Source: Squalus acanthias
Lineage: Eukaryota
Assembly: GCA_030390025.1 (NCBI GenBank)
Contig: JASTWF010000070.1
Location: forward strand, 186,001-250,000
DNA length: 64,000 bases
Reading direction: 5' to 3'
Shown: positions 13,295 through 26,700 of the stretch, one piece after another
How the letters are laid out: each line of letters begins with the position of its first letter
How positions within the stretch are numbered: position 1 is the stretch's first letter
Translations under genes and position numbers: made by a program
The notes under the pieces: generated by a model
Told to the model about the DNA's origin: nothing
What the model saw: only the letters and a program-made list of their open reading frames with translations
Database searches by the model: none

Positions 13295-13995
13295 TTCTTA
13301 AAGGGACCATGCGCAAATTTAATTTGACATTTGTGCTGTTCCTGCTCTGCAGAATTGAAATGCGGCAAACATTGACAAGCACTTCACAGAGGCTCACGGT
13401 TGCACCCAGGCTCTCCCATTACTCCCTCCAGAGCACGTAGGGAGGCTCTTTTCCCTTCCAAACAGACCTCCCCAGGAGACCAACGCAGCCTGGTTGCACA
13501 ATGCACAGGAGGACACAAGCAGGGATATCGTCAAGAGGACCAGGTTTCAGTGGCGCAAACCTTTCACTGATCTCAGTGGAACACGAAACGTTAATGCAAA
13601 GCCTCACTCCCCCTCATCCTGCTGTGCCACTCATCACATCCCCATCACTCTGACTTCCCTGTCCTACTCCTGCACAGGCTTACTCACACCAACTGACCTT
13701 GCACCTCCACCCATCCCTCTCTATCTACATTATCACTTCCACATCTCACTAGCCACCTCTCACACTCACCCTAATCCTAGTCCAATCATACCAACTAACA
13801 ACACTTTTGTGTTTTGGCCAATGTTCATTTGAAATTTCTGCTAACGTGCTATCGACAGATTGGTGTGCAATTTTGGAAGTGGCTTAGTGAGTTGCAGTGA
13901 ATGGTGAAACATAATCGTACCCCCACCCCCGCAATGCTGATGAGTGGGAAAGGAATGGCTTGGGCATTGTAGGGTTGCTTTACGTTGTTGGTGTG

Positions 13996-16900
13996 GGGCA
14001 TTCTGAAGGGGGAGGGCGAACAGTCAGAGGTCGTGGTTCACATTGGTACCAACGACATGGTTAGAAAGAGGGATGGGGTCCTGCAACAAGAATTTAGGGA
14101 GCTAGGTAGCAGATTAAAAAGCAGGAACTCAAAGGTTGTAATCTCTGGATTACTCCCGGTGCCACGTGCTAGTGGGTATAGGAATAGGCGGATAGAGCAG
14201 ATGAATGCGTGGCTAAACAGTTGGTGCAGGAGGGAGGGCTTTAGTTTCCTGGATCACTGGGTCTGCTTCTGGCGAAGGTGGGACCTGTACAAGTCGGACG
14301 GGTTGCACCTGAACCGGAACGGGACCAACATCCTTGCGGGGAGGTTTGCTAGTACTGTTGAGGGGGTGGGGGGGAGGGGGGTGTTTAAACTAACTTGGTA
14401 GGGGGATGGGATACGGAGTGGAGCTATAGTAGGGGGTGATGCACAGTCAAATATAGAGGAAAAAACAAGTCAGCCTGGAAGGCAGAGCAAATATGTAACG
14501 ACATAAGGGAGTATGGCAAGGCTGGATGGCATTTATTTTAATGCAAGGAGTCTTGCGAGTAAGGCAGATGAATTGAAGGTGTTGATGAAAATATGGGAGT
14601 ATGATATTGTTGCTATCACAGAGACATGGTTGAGGGAGGGGCAGGATTGGTCGCTCAATATTCCGGGGTATAGAATCTTCAGGCGAGACACAGGGGCATG
14701 TAAAAGAGATGGGGATGTCGCAATATTAATCAAGTAGTCAATTGCTGCTGTAAGGAGGGATGATATCTTAGCAGGTTCCGCTAATGAGGCCATATGGGTA
14801 GAACTTAAAAACTAAAAGTGGGCAAGCTGAGAGTGTACTATAGGCCCCCAAACAGTCAGGGGGAGATAGAGGAACAGACATGTAGGCAAATCTCAGAGAA
14901 GTGTAGAAATAATAGGATAATAATAGTAGGGGATTTCAACTTCCCCAATATTAACTGGGATAGTCAGAGTGTGAAAGGCTTAGAGGGTGCGGAATTCTTA
15001 AAGTGCATCCAGGAGAGCTTTTTGAGCCAGCATGTAGAAAGTCCTACAAGAGAGGGGGCGGCACTGGACCTAATTCTAGGGAATGTAGCCGGGCAAGTGG
15101 TAGAAGTATCAGTAGGAGAGCATTTTGGTGACAGTGACAAGAATTCGGTGAGATTTAAGGTAGTCATGGAAAAGGACAAATATGGACCGGAAATAAAGGT
15201 TCTAAATTGTGGGAAGGCCGATTTTAACACGTTAAGGCAGGATCTGGCCAAAGTGGACTGGGATCAGCTACTTGTAGGAAAATGCACATCAGAGCAGTGG
15301 GAGTCTTTCAGAAAGGAAATAGAGAGAGTACAACGCCAACTTGTTCCCGTAAAGGTCAAGTGTGGGACCAAAAAACCCAGGGAACCCTGGATGTCAAGGG
15401 ATATACAAGAATGGATTAGGAAAAAAGGGAGGCTTTTGGCAGATACAAAGGACTAAAAACTGTGGAAGTCCTAGAGGAGTATAGAAAGTGCAGGGGGGTA
15501 CTTAAAAAATAAATTAGGAGAGCGAAGAGGGGGCATGAAAAAACACTGGCGGGAAATTAAAGGAAAATCCCAAGGTGTTTTATAAGTATATTCAGGGCAA
15601 GAGGATAACCAGGGAAAGAGTAGGACCCATTAGGGACCAAAGTGGCAATCTGTGTGTAGAGCCGGAAGATGTAGGTGAGGTTTTAAATGAATATTTTGCA
15701 TCTGTGTTCACTATGGAGAAGGACGATGTAGGCATAGAAATCAGGCAGGGGGATTGTGATATACTTGAACAAATTAGCATTGAGAGGGAGGAGGTACTAG
15801 CGGTTTTAGCGGGCTTAAAAGTGGATAAATCCCCAGGCCCTGACGAGATTTATCCCAGGCTGCTGTGTGAGGCAAGGGAGGAGATTGTAGGGGCTCTGAC
15901 ACAAATTTTCAGTACCTCTCTGGCCACAGAGGAGGTGCCAGAGGACTGGAGAACAACTAACGTAGTATCATTATTCAAGAAGGGTAGTAGGGATAAACCA
16001 GGGAATTGCAGGCCAGTGAGCCTAACATCAGTGGTAGGGAAATTATTGGGAAAAATTCTGAGAGACAGAATTAGTCTCCACTTGGAGAGGCAAGGATTAA
16101 TCAAGGATAGTCAGCATGGCTTTGTTAGGGGGAGATCATGTCTAACCAATTTGATTGAATTTTTCGAGGGGGTGACTAGGTGTGTGGATGAGGGTAGTGC
16201 AGTTGATGTAGTCTACATGGACTTCAGTAAGACTTTTGACAAAGTCCTGCATGGGAGACTGTTTGAGAAGGTAAGAGCCCATGAGATCCAGGGCAATTTG
16301 GCACATTGGATCCAAAATTGGCTTAGTGGCAGAAGGCAGAGGGTGATGGTCGAAGGTTGTTTTTGTGACTGGAAGCCTGTGTCCAGTGGTGTACCACAAG
16401 GATCCATGCTGGGTCCTTTGCTGTTTGTAGTGTACATTAATGATTTAGATATGAATGTAGGAGGTATGATCAGTGACGTAAGAAAACTACTAGGCACTTG
16501 GTCTAAGCGTTAAACAAAGCTTTAATCAACTGTTTTACAACATGGAGGTCCAGTTATGGCCTTCAAAGTTCCTGTTAAGAATGTCCCGCGCAAGCTGGGC
16601 CCGTGCCCGAATATTTATACTCTCCCTGGACAGCGCCACCAGCAGGCCACCCAGTATTATTTCATAAGTAATTTCCACATGAATGACAAGATTCATGTCA
16701 ATCAGTAAGTTCGCAGATGACACGAAAGTTGGTGGAGTGGTAAATTGCGAGGAGGGAAGCCTCAGGCCACAGGTCGATATAGACGGGTTGGTTAGATGGG
16801 CAGAACAGTGGCAAATTGAATTTAACCCTGAAAAGTGTGAGGAGATGCATTTTGGGAGGACTAACAAGGCAAGGGAATACACAATGAATCTGGAACTCAC

Positions 16901-17105
16901 TGCCTGAAAGGGTGGTAGAGGCAGGAACCCTCAAAACATTCAAGAAGCATTTAGATGAGCACTTGAAACGCCATAGCATACAAGGCTACGGACCAAGTGC
17001 TGGAAAATGGGATTAAATAGATAGGGGTTGATGGCCGGCGCGGTCACGATGGGCCGGAGGGCCTCTTTCTGTGCTGTATAACTCTATGACTCTATGACTC
17101 TATGA
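13996..17105 (+). mobile_element. Long CR1 LINE: ORF1 SGNH-esterase C-terminus plus frameshifted ORF2 (APE endonuclease and RT)
   Basis: VVVHIGTND...DGLHLN esterase motifs; YFNARSL, ITETWL, GDFNFP endonuclease motifs; RT GVPQGSMLGP and FADDTK; (ACTCTATG)n 3' tail at about 17081-17105. Confidence 0.92.
16474..16700 (-). mobile_element. Solo LTR (227 bp) inserted in the CR1 RT
   Basis: TGAC...GTCA ends, 5-bp TSD ATCAG (16469-16473 and 16701-16705) splitting GGMIS|KFADD; minus-strand TATAAA and ATTAAA inside. Confidence 0.8.
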
Positions 17106-18997
17106 TGCACTTCGGCCGGAATCGTTCTTTTAACGTGCTGTTACTCTCTGATATACTGCATCAGATTTAAAAATAATATTTTCCCCCAAAATACAACGTG
17201 ATGCCCCAGCAGCGTGGTCCCCGTTGGCGAGCTCAACATTGTTGTTACTGCTCTGTTAACAAGGTGATAATGACCTGAATTGGCTCCCCCGCCGCCACGT
17301 GTCGGGTCTGTTCAGCGCTGGCAGACCCGACATTTGGTAAATGCGCGTGGTGGCGGGTTGCCAGCGGGATCCCAACCAGTGTAAAAAAAGACATTTTCCC
17401 TCCTGACCCGCTACCGATCCCGCCGCTGAAGCCCAGGAAAATTCCCCCCTAAGATTGCAGTTAGACTTTAGGTTGGAGTCGTTTAGAACTCGATACAGAC
17501 CCAGCCGGTATTTTCCGGTGTGATAGCGGGCGAGATCGGCGGGGGGTCGGGACGGACTTTCGATTTTTTTGTCTGCGGGTCAGGATCCCGCTGTCATCTC
17601 GCCCCCATGTCCCTTAGTGTACCGACAGCACTATGTTAGATTAAACTTCAACTGTGATGTGGCCATGGTCCCTTTAAAGATTCTGGCTGATAACGCGTTA
17701 TGAATGACGTCATCAGACCCGCTCCATCTCATTGGGCCGGGTAACGCGCTGGTCGGGCCTAATAGGCCCCATTAAGGTGAGTTCATTTTCAGCAGCGGGA
17801 TGGAGCCAGCAGTGGGGTCGCGACCCACGATGGCCACCGTCCACGCCGGACCCGCCCAGCTAAGCAAAGTACCGGCCTTGACTCCAAAGCGAAAGGACAA
17901 TCTTGGAGCTGTGAATGCGGCGGAATGACACTCCTGTCACTTAAAGTGCTCCAGCTGTTCGATTCCCCCGCAAATTTCTGAAGATTTCAAATTTTAACTG
18001 TTGGTAGCGAAACTGCGTGGATCCCAATCTGTCCTGAGCCCTTTTCTAAACCTCTCCGCCTCTCTCTTCACCTTTAAGACCCTCCTTATAACCCACCTCC
18101 CTGAGCAAGCTTTAGTCACCTGTCCCAATATCTCCTTATGTGGCTCGATGACAAATATTGTTTGTTAAGCGCTCCTGTGCAGCACCTTGGGACGTTTTAC
18201 TACGTTAAAGGCGCTGTATAAAAACACGTTGTTGTTGGTACTCTGTAACCTACATACAGTGCTCTTAGAATACTTTATTGACCAGCAATTCATTCCTGAA
18301 CGCAATAGGACCTGGGAACCCTATTGGGGGAATGGATGGGTATAAGATGGGCGGGAGAGCGTGGGGGGCGGCGGTTTACATATAAAAATGACCTAACCCC
18401 ACCTGAACCCACTGCATAAGCTCCTGCCGCCATATCTAAGCTCTCAGGCGGGAAACCTCATTATAATATTTAAATCAGGCTCCCACAGTGCAGTTGGCAG
18501 CCTGACTTGAATTTAATGGCTGCGAGCCGGGTTTCCCGGTGCTCAGGAAACCCAGCATCGAAATCTTCCTTCAACACTCGCTGCTCTAAGGAGAACTATT
18601 CCAGTCTCTCCACATAAGTGAAGTCCCTCATCGCTGGTACCATTCCAGTAAATCTCCTCTACAAGGTCTTGACATCTTTCTTAATGTGTGGTGTCCAGAA
18701 TTGAACACAATACTCCAGCTGAGGCCTAACCAGTGTTTATTAAGGTTCAGCATAATGCCCTTGTTTTGTCATCTATACCTCTATTTTAACAGCCTTCGCA
18801 ACTTGTCCTGCTACCTTCAATTTTGGTTGTACCTGAACCCCAAGTCTCTCTGTTCCTGCATTCCCTTCACTAACTGAAATGGAGCAATAAACCCTGTCAA
18901 CATGTTTCCAGAAAGGCGCACTTTACTAGCAATAATTAATAATTCCTCACGTTTCCTTCTTTCCATATTAATCTCCAGTGTTGGTGATTTAGTACAT

Positions 18998-20496
18998 GAT
19001 GGAATCTGGAACAGTACCCATGGATTGGAGGGTAGGTAATGTTACCGCACTATTCAAAAAGGGTGGTAGAGAGAAAACGTGGAATTACAGACCGGTAAAC
19101 CTGACATCGGTAGTGGGGAAAATGCTAGAGTCCATTATAAAAGATGTAATAGCTGAGCAATTGGAAAACAGTGACAGGATCGGACAAAGTCAACATGGAT
19201 TTACAAAAGGTAAATCATGCTTGACTAATCTACTGGAATTTTTTGAGGATGTAACTGGTAAAATAGATAAGGGAGAACCAGTGGATGTGATGTATTTGGC
19301 CTTCCAAAAGGCTTTTGATAAGGACCCGCATAAGAGATTAGCGTGTAAAGTGAAGGCACATGGGATTGGGGGCAAGGTATTGACTTGGATAGAGAACTGG
19401 TTGGCAGACAGAAAGCAAAGAGTTGGAATAAACGGGCCTTTTTCCGAGTGGCAGGCATGACTAGTGGGGTACCAGAGGGATCGGTGCTTGGACCCCAGCT
19501 ATTCACAATATATATTAATGATCTAGACAAGGGAACTAGATGTAATATCTCCAAGTTTGCAGATGACACAAAACTGGGTGGGCGTGTGTGCTGCGAGGAG
19601 GATGCCGAGAAACTCCAGGATGATTTGGACAGGTTGGGTGATTGGGCAGAAGCGTGGCAGATGCAATATAACATGGATAAATGCGAGGTTATCCACTTTG
19701 GTATCAAAAACAGAAAGGCAGATTATTATCTGAATAGCAATAGATTGGGAGAAGGGGAAGTGCAACGAGACCTGGGTGTCCTTGTGCACCAGTCGCTGAA
19801 GGTAAGCATGCAGGTGCAGCAGGCGGTTAAGAAGGCAAATCGTATGTTGGCCTTCATAGCGAGAGGGTTTGAGTACAGGAACAAGGATGTCTTGCTGCAG
19901 TTGTACAGGGCCTTGGTGAGACCACACCTTGAGTACTGTGTGCAGTTTTGGTCGCCTTATCTGAGGAAGGATGTTCTTGCCATGGAAGGAGTTCAGCGAA
20001 GATTCACAAGGCTGATACCTGGGATGGCAAAAATGCGGTATGCAGAGAGATTGGGTCGATTGGGCTTATTCTCGCTGGAGTTTCGAAGAATGAGACGGGA
20101 TCTCCTTGAAACTTATAAAATTCTGACAGGACAGGACAAACTAGATGCAGGAAGGATGTTCCCAATGGTCGGGGAGTGCAGAACCAGGGATCACAGTCTA
20201 AGGATAAGGGGTAAGCCATTTAGGACAGAAATGAGGAGGAATGTCTTCACCCAGAGAGTGGTGAACCTGTGGAATTCTCTGCCACAAGAAGGCAGTAGAG
20301 GCCAATTCATTAAATAGATTCAAGAAGGAGTTGGATATATTTCTTAAGGCTAAAGGGATCAAGGAATATCGGGAGAAAGCAGGGACAGGGTACTGAATTT
20401 GGATGATCAGCCATGATCTCATTGAATGGCGGAGCAGGCTAGAAGGGCCGAATGGCCTACTCCTGCTCCTATCTTCTATGATTCTATGATTCTATG
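18998..20496 (+). mobile_element. 5'-truncated CR1 LINE (RT plus 3' tail)
   Basis: ORFs 18996-19460 and 19385-20317 with RT motifs; (TTCTATGA)n tail; absent at the paralogous site near 5060-5110. Confidence 0.92.
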
Positions 20497-21060
20497 TAAG
20501 TAGATGCGATGTATTCAGCTCAATTATGGAATTAGATAGTATGATAAATAATGTAAAAAAACCTAATAGCTCCTCTGGGTAACACCTAAATATAAAACAG
20601 TAACATTTTGCGCACATAATTTGTATTCTCTAAGTATCCTCGACCCACTGCATTATGCTGGAGGAATCACCCAGCTTTTATCGGGCGAAGTTGCTTAGTT
20701 CCGGTCATGAGTTCTGTTTGCTGTAGTTTGTACATGCTCTTTTTAAATATACCCTGTAGACTGTTTGCTGTCATGCGCTGCTTAAATAGACTCGGTTTGC
20801 TGAATAAATAGAGTTTGTTTGCTGCAACTTAGACTGTTCGATGTGAATCCTGCCTAAAGTCCCGCCCCACCTCCAACAACAACAACACCATGTATTCATA
20901 TAGCACCTTTAATGTAGTAAAACGTCCAAAGTTATTTCACAGGAGTGTTATGAAAAACGTTGATACCGAGCCACATAAGGAGATATTAGGGCCAATGATC
21001 AAAAGCTTGATGAAAGAGGCAGGTTTTGAGGAGTGTCTTAAAGGCGGAGAGAGAGGTAAT

Positions 21061-21800
21061 GGCCCAGAAATTGATCTCGCTCTGTTCCCGCTGGGGTAAG
21101 GCTTCCCCGCGATCTCTCACTCCGCCTGTGCTTTTTCAGATCCAGCTCGCACGACCTTAATGTTCCAGACATCAGATGGGCAGTGCTTGCGTATCCCACC
21201 GGCGTAGTGAATTCGTGCGAGCTGTGGGATCACGTGACTCAGTTAGAGCCAATGGCAGCACACCATCTTCCATTCATAAGTTTCACATACATGCTGTGAA
21301 ATCTATGAATCTTACACCCCCCCAAAATAACAGCTAAACCTCAATTAAATTAAAAAAAAACCATCACATTAATAAAATAAGTATAGTTAAATAAATTAAC
21401 CATTTTAAATAAAAAATTAAATTTTTGAAAAAATTTAAAATCTTTTAAAAAGTTATAAAAATAAACGCACCTGTCTTTAAAGTCTCTAAAAAAGATATAC
21501 CTGTTAAAAAAATTCAAAAAAATACTTAATTTACTACTTACCTTGTTAAAAGTGGGTCTTACTCCTCCTTTTTCCATTTCTAAAATCTTCCGTACTTACC
21601 TGCGCGTCCAAAGCATGAAGTGCACAGCGTGCGCGCAGCCTGTAGCGCGCACGCGATGCACCGAGGAACCGCCCCCTTTTCAAAAGACCAAATGCCGGTT
21701 TTCAGCGCATGCGCAGGGCATGCAGAAAACCGGCAATTGGAGAGAGAATACGCGAGAGTACGCAGTGCGTACTCTCGCGTCGCCGGATGAATTTTTGGCC
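21061..21800. mobile_element. MITE, PIF/Harbinger-like (second copy)
   Basis: GGCCCAGAAATT...AATTTTTGGCC ends; internal sequence homologous to 5176-5928 but inserted at a different site. Confidence 0.75.
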
Positions 21801-22807
21801 CATCGAAGCAGAGAGGTGCAGCGAGGGAGGTCCAGAGCTTAGGGCCTAGGCAGCTGAAAGCACTGCCACCAATGGTGGGGCGATGCGCAAGAGACCAGAA
21901 TTGGTGGAATGCAGATATCTCGGAGTTTTGTAGGGCTGGAGGAGATGACAGAGATAGGGAGGGGTGAGGCCATGGAGGGATTTGAAGACAAGAATGATCA
22001 TATAAAAATTGAGGTGTTATGTAACCTGGTGCCAATGTAGGTCAGCGAGCACAGGGATGAACGGACTTGGTGCATGTTTTGGATCGTCTCAAGTTTACGG
22101 AGGGAAGAAAGTGGGAGGCCGGCCAGGTGTGTGTTGGTATAGTCAAGACTAGAAGTAAAAAAGTTGCGCATGAGGGTTTCAGCAGCTGATGAGCTGAGGC
22201 ACGGTAGAGTCAGGCGATGTTATGGAGGTGGAAATAGATTGTCTTAGTTATGGCAGATATGACACCATGGTTGTCAACAGTCTGTATCAGACTCAGACAG
22301 TTCCCAGGGAGAGGGATGGAGTCGGTGGTGAGGGAATGGAATTTGTGGCGGAGACTGAAGAGACTGGCTTCGGTCTTCCCAAAATTTCGTTGGAGGAAAT
22401 TTCTGCTCAACCAGTGCTGGATGTCGGACAAGCAGTGTGACAATTTAGAGACAGAGATGGGGTCGAGAGAAGTTGTGGTGAGGTAGAGCTGACACAGTGG
22501 TGTCAATAGACACGCTGATCTTATGTATTGCCCAATATAGAACTCCAGTTCCCAAGGTGCAGTGCGCAGTGTGGCCAGTGCTCTGCGATGATTGGTACTC
22601 CAGTCAGCCATGTCAGTCTCAGCAGTGACAAAGCTTTGGGGACCTGTGCAAGGTTGAGCGAGCAGCTCCAGTCACAGCACCAAAGCCCCTTTAATAATAT
22701 TAACAGACCAGAGAAATCAGTGATCAGTTCAAGCGCAGAAACTGAACCAAGCACCTGGTCTTCACGGAAAAGCCCCTTGTCCAAGTGAGAACCAATCCCT
22801 GCCCGAA

Positions 22808-22836
22808 TGTAGTGCCGGCTACTCCAGGGGGCGAGA
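22808..22836 (+). promoter_or_regulatory. Candidate CTCF site about 0.9 kb upstream of the IgL leader
   Basis: TGTAGTGCC-ggct-ACTCCAGGGGGCGAGA resembles the CTCF core plus upstream motif; conserved at 7892-7909 and 59741-59768. Confidence 0.45.
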
Positions 22837-23627
22837 ACCCCTCCGGCCGCTCTGTGTGTTATACTAAGGAACAGGGGAATACCTAATTTCACAGTTACAC
22901 ATTTCAGATATTTAATAAACAAAAAATATTATTCCTTTGACGCTAATATTTCGAGACAACCCAATTATTAACAATTTAATGCCTGTTTCTTTCGCCCTCA
23001 AGTAACTGACACGAACCAGTTTCAATCTGACTTTTAAAAACATGAACCAAGCCTCAGTGTGGGGAGTTAGGGATTGACTCCAAACCGGGGAAGTGTTCAA
23101 CATCACAGAGCACCAGAAACAACTGACCCCGCCGCTTAATAATTCAACTGGAACAGGGTTTAAAACGGGAACTGCGCGCATTGATCGGACCCGCAGCAAA
23201 TTAAAGGCAAGGTGTCATTTTATTAATATTGTGCCGAGTTTTATTTTCCCTCCTGAGTTTTAGAGGGGGCGACTCAGACTAGAAAAGAACAACTTCTCTT
23301 TAATCCGGGGCAGGGTGTAAAATGCCGCTTTCTTCCCCTGTTACTCATTCATCTATTGGCTCTTTACTCCACCTCAGGAATATTCTCAGCTGATCCGTAA
23401 CTCTAGAATCCGCCCGTCATTCTTCTGAGGTAGAACACAGACTGAATCTTGATTAAACGCAAAAATCTTCGAAATCTTGGAATCTTCCCTTCACAGAAAC
23501 TCCAAATGCAGATTACGCATTTGTAAGTTAAAGGTTTAAGAGTTTAATAATTCAATCAGCCACAAATAGATTTTTAAAACCTCGAAATAAAAATCTGCCG
23601 GCATCCTTTTCCTGGCCCCTCCCACCG

Positions 23628-23650
23628 ATTTGCATACCGGGTAATAAATA
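23628..23650 (+). promoter_or_regulatory. Ig light-chain promoter: octamer and TATA-like box
   Basis: ATTTGCAT (23628-23635, light-chain orientation) followed by TAATAAATA, about 130 nt upstream of the ATG. Confidence 0.85.
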
Positions 23651-23767
23651 GACCCGGAGTCTCGGGTTTGCAGACACTGTAACCGGACCGGGTCCCGGAG
23701 TTTACAGGAACAGCGCACGGTTCAATCGGAAATTTGAGCGGCGGCTGTTGGCGCTTCTCCGGAGGAA

Positions 23768-26700
23768 ATGGCTCCAGCGATGCATCTCCTGTGGGCTCTG
23801 CTGATCCATTTAACAGGTGAGAGACGGATGGTTTTAATCACGGGTTTATCCGCATCTAAATCGGTTCAATACCGAGATTCGGGCCGTTTTCTCTCCGTTT
23901 TTTTGAAGCATTAACGTCCTATTTGCTCCAAGTTACTAAATGGGTTGCTTTTTTCTTTTATTGAAGATGTCCTGGCGGCTCCCGTCCTCAATCAGTCCCC
24001 AATATCCGATCCTGTCTCCGCGGCCCAGACCGCCCGGTTACAGTGTGCGATGGTGAACGGGGCTGTGGGCAGCTATTACGTAGACTGGTACCGACAGCGA
24101 CCCGGGGAAGCTCCGGTGTGGGTGCTCTATCACAGTACCAGTGGCACTATCATCCGAGGTACCGGCTTCACATACCGTTTTCAACCTTCCAGAGACGCCT
24201 CCGCTAACAGTTACATTCTGACCATCGGAAACCTGGTGCCCGGTGACTCCGCCGTCTATTACTGTTCTGTGTGGGACTCGGAATACAGCTTCGGACCGGG
24301 GACCGCCCTGAGTATAAAGAGTAAGTGACTCTCTCATTCTATCGTTTACATTGTTTCAATTATTATTAATTTACAGTCGCTTTCATTCCCGGGCGCCAGA
24401 GAAATCTCCATTCAGTGAATTTTGATGTTGGATCTATTTATACCCACAAAAATGTTAAACTGGTCAGAATTGGAATTGTTGAAGTGCCATGGGGAACAAC
24501 AATGCGCTGAAATTAAGTCTGACACCATTTCCTGCTCCCATTCAATAGGGGAGATGAGGAGAAGTGTTCTTTTTACGCAGCCAGTTGTTGTGATGTGGAA
24601 TGCGCTGCCTGAAAGGGCGGTGGAAGCAGATTCAATAGTAACTTTCAAAAGTGAATTGGAGAAATACTGTGAAGTCATGAATTAATGTAAACAGTGTTCT
24701 TTTTACGCAGAGAGTTGTTAAAAAGTGATTCCCTCCTAAATGGCCGGGCTCTAATTTTAAGGTGATGTCCCCTGGTTCTTGGTTTCCTCACCGGAGGAAA
24801 TCGTTTTTGTGTAGCTACCCGAGCGAATCCTTCTTCACATTTTTAACACTTCGAACAGATCGCCCCTGAATCTTCTAATCTCAAGGGAATACAAGCCAAG
24901 TTTATGCAATCCGTCCTCGTAATTTAACCCTCTAAGCCCCGGTATCATTCGGATGCAGCAAGAGACAGAGAGAGAGAGAGAGAGATAGGAAAGTTGTGAG
25001 CTACACTGTGAAGTTCTGACAGTGGACACTGAATATGTCACTATGTTACACTGAGACTTGAAGGGGAGAAAATTGCAGGGCTCTGGGGAAAGAGCAGGGG
25101 AGTGGGACTGATTGGAGAGCTCTTTCAAAGAGCCGGCACAGGCAAGATGGGCCTAATGGCCTCCTTCTGTGCTGTTTGATTCTACGCTATTCCTTACTTA
25201 TTCCCTTAGTGTATGTGGAAATATTTATATTGTCCAGAGTCGGCACCGCCTGATTTTAGAAAGATTGCCCGGAGCCGGTGGGAGAGCCCCCGGGGGAATC
25301 CCCACATTTACCGTAATTTGCAACTTTCAATGTTGCTGCTGGTTTTATTCCTGTGGCGTATTGTCCCCCTGACCGCAGCCGTCGGGTGTCCGGCTCTGGG
25401 CTGGGAGAGAGAGAGGACCCTCCCGAGACCCGCTGTCCCAGCACACAACCGGTTGGATCGACTCCCTGTCGCCAGCAACACCGGGACTAGTCGGGATTGT
25501 ATTCGTTTGACGAGTCCGGTTTTATTCTGAATTTCGTGATCCGTTATTTAATCTGTCTGAGTTCATTATTTGCAATCTCCGCGCTGTTTATGGAGCTGAA
25601 CCGCCGCTTTACCATGGAGCGGCGCAGTGACAATTACTGACCAGCCCCGTGTGTGTGATTGAGACTGGGTGATGCTTGTTGAAGGGAACTTTCTCTCCAT
25701 CTCATTCTCTCGCTGCTGTCCCTCTCCCTCCACTAGGCTGTGGCTGCTGACTCTCCCTGTCCAGTGTCGATTCTCCTGGATTGATGTGTCGGGTCCCACT
25801 ACCGCCCAGTGTTGAACGGATCGCTCCGGGACCAGCGAGACTGAGCTGATCCCGAGAGAGAAATCAGTTCACCCGCGCGGGGAGGAATCCTTACTTGCCT
25901 CTGTAGCGAGAATCTTTTACAATCCGTGCTCCCCATTTTACTAGAAATATCAAACCGTGAAAACCCTTCATCAAACCGGGGTGACCTAATAGACGTCTTT
26001 AAAATGATGAAATATTTTGATAGAGTAGACACAGAGACCATTTACACTTCATCTGGATTCATGTTATGTTTCTTAACTTGTCCCATTACCATCTCCTTCT
26101 GCCTTGCACCATCATCCCTTTTGTCTCTTAATCTCTCCTGCCTTCCAACCTGTCACAGACCTTCCCTTTTGTACTTTCCTCCCCTCCCCCCCTTCCCTGT
26201 CCGGACACTTGCTTAAAAACTTGTTCCATCTCCAACTTTTTCCAGTTCTGACGATGGATCATCGACCTGAAAAGTTAACTCTGTTTCTCTCTCCACAGAC
26301 GCTGCCTCACCAGCTGAGTATTTCCAGCATTTTCCGTGTTTTTTCAGATTTCCAGCATCCGCAGTATTTTGCTTTTCTATTAGTGTTCCCACTTGTTGGG
26401 AAGAGCAAAACTAGAGGCCATCAATATAAGGCAGTCACCAAGAAATCAAATAGGGAATTCAGGAGAAACTTCTTTGCCCAGAGAGTGGTGAGAATGTGGA
26501 ACTCGTTACCACAGGGAGTGGTTGAGGCGAATAGTATAGATGCATTTAAGGGGAGGCTAGATAAACACATGAGGGAGAAGGGAATAGAGGGTTATGCTGA
26601 TAGAGTCAAATATGGGAGGAGGCTCGAGTGGAGCATAAACGCCGGCATGGACTGGTTGGTCCGAATGAACTCTTTCTGTGCTGTATATTCTGTGTAATTC

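Noticed and set aside
13985-20317. Long RT/endonuclease ORFs as host genes or active elements
   Set aside because: Frameshifted, truncated CR1 LINE copies.
23768-24320. Joined VJ as a processed retrocopy
   Set aside because: Leader intron, J-C intron and octamer promoter are all retained.
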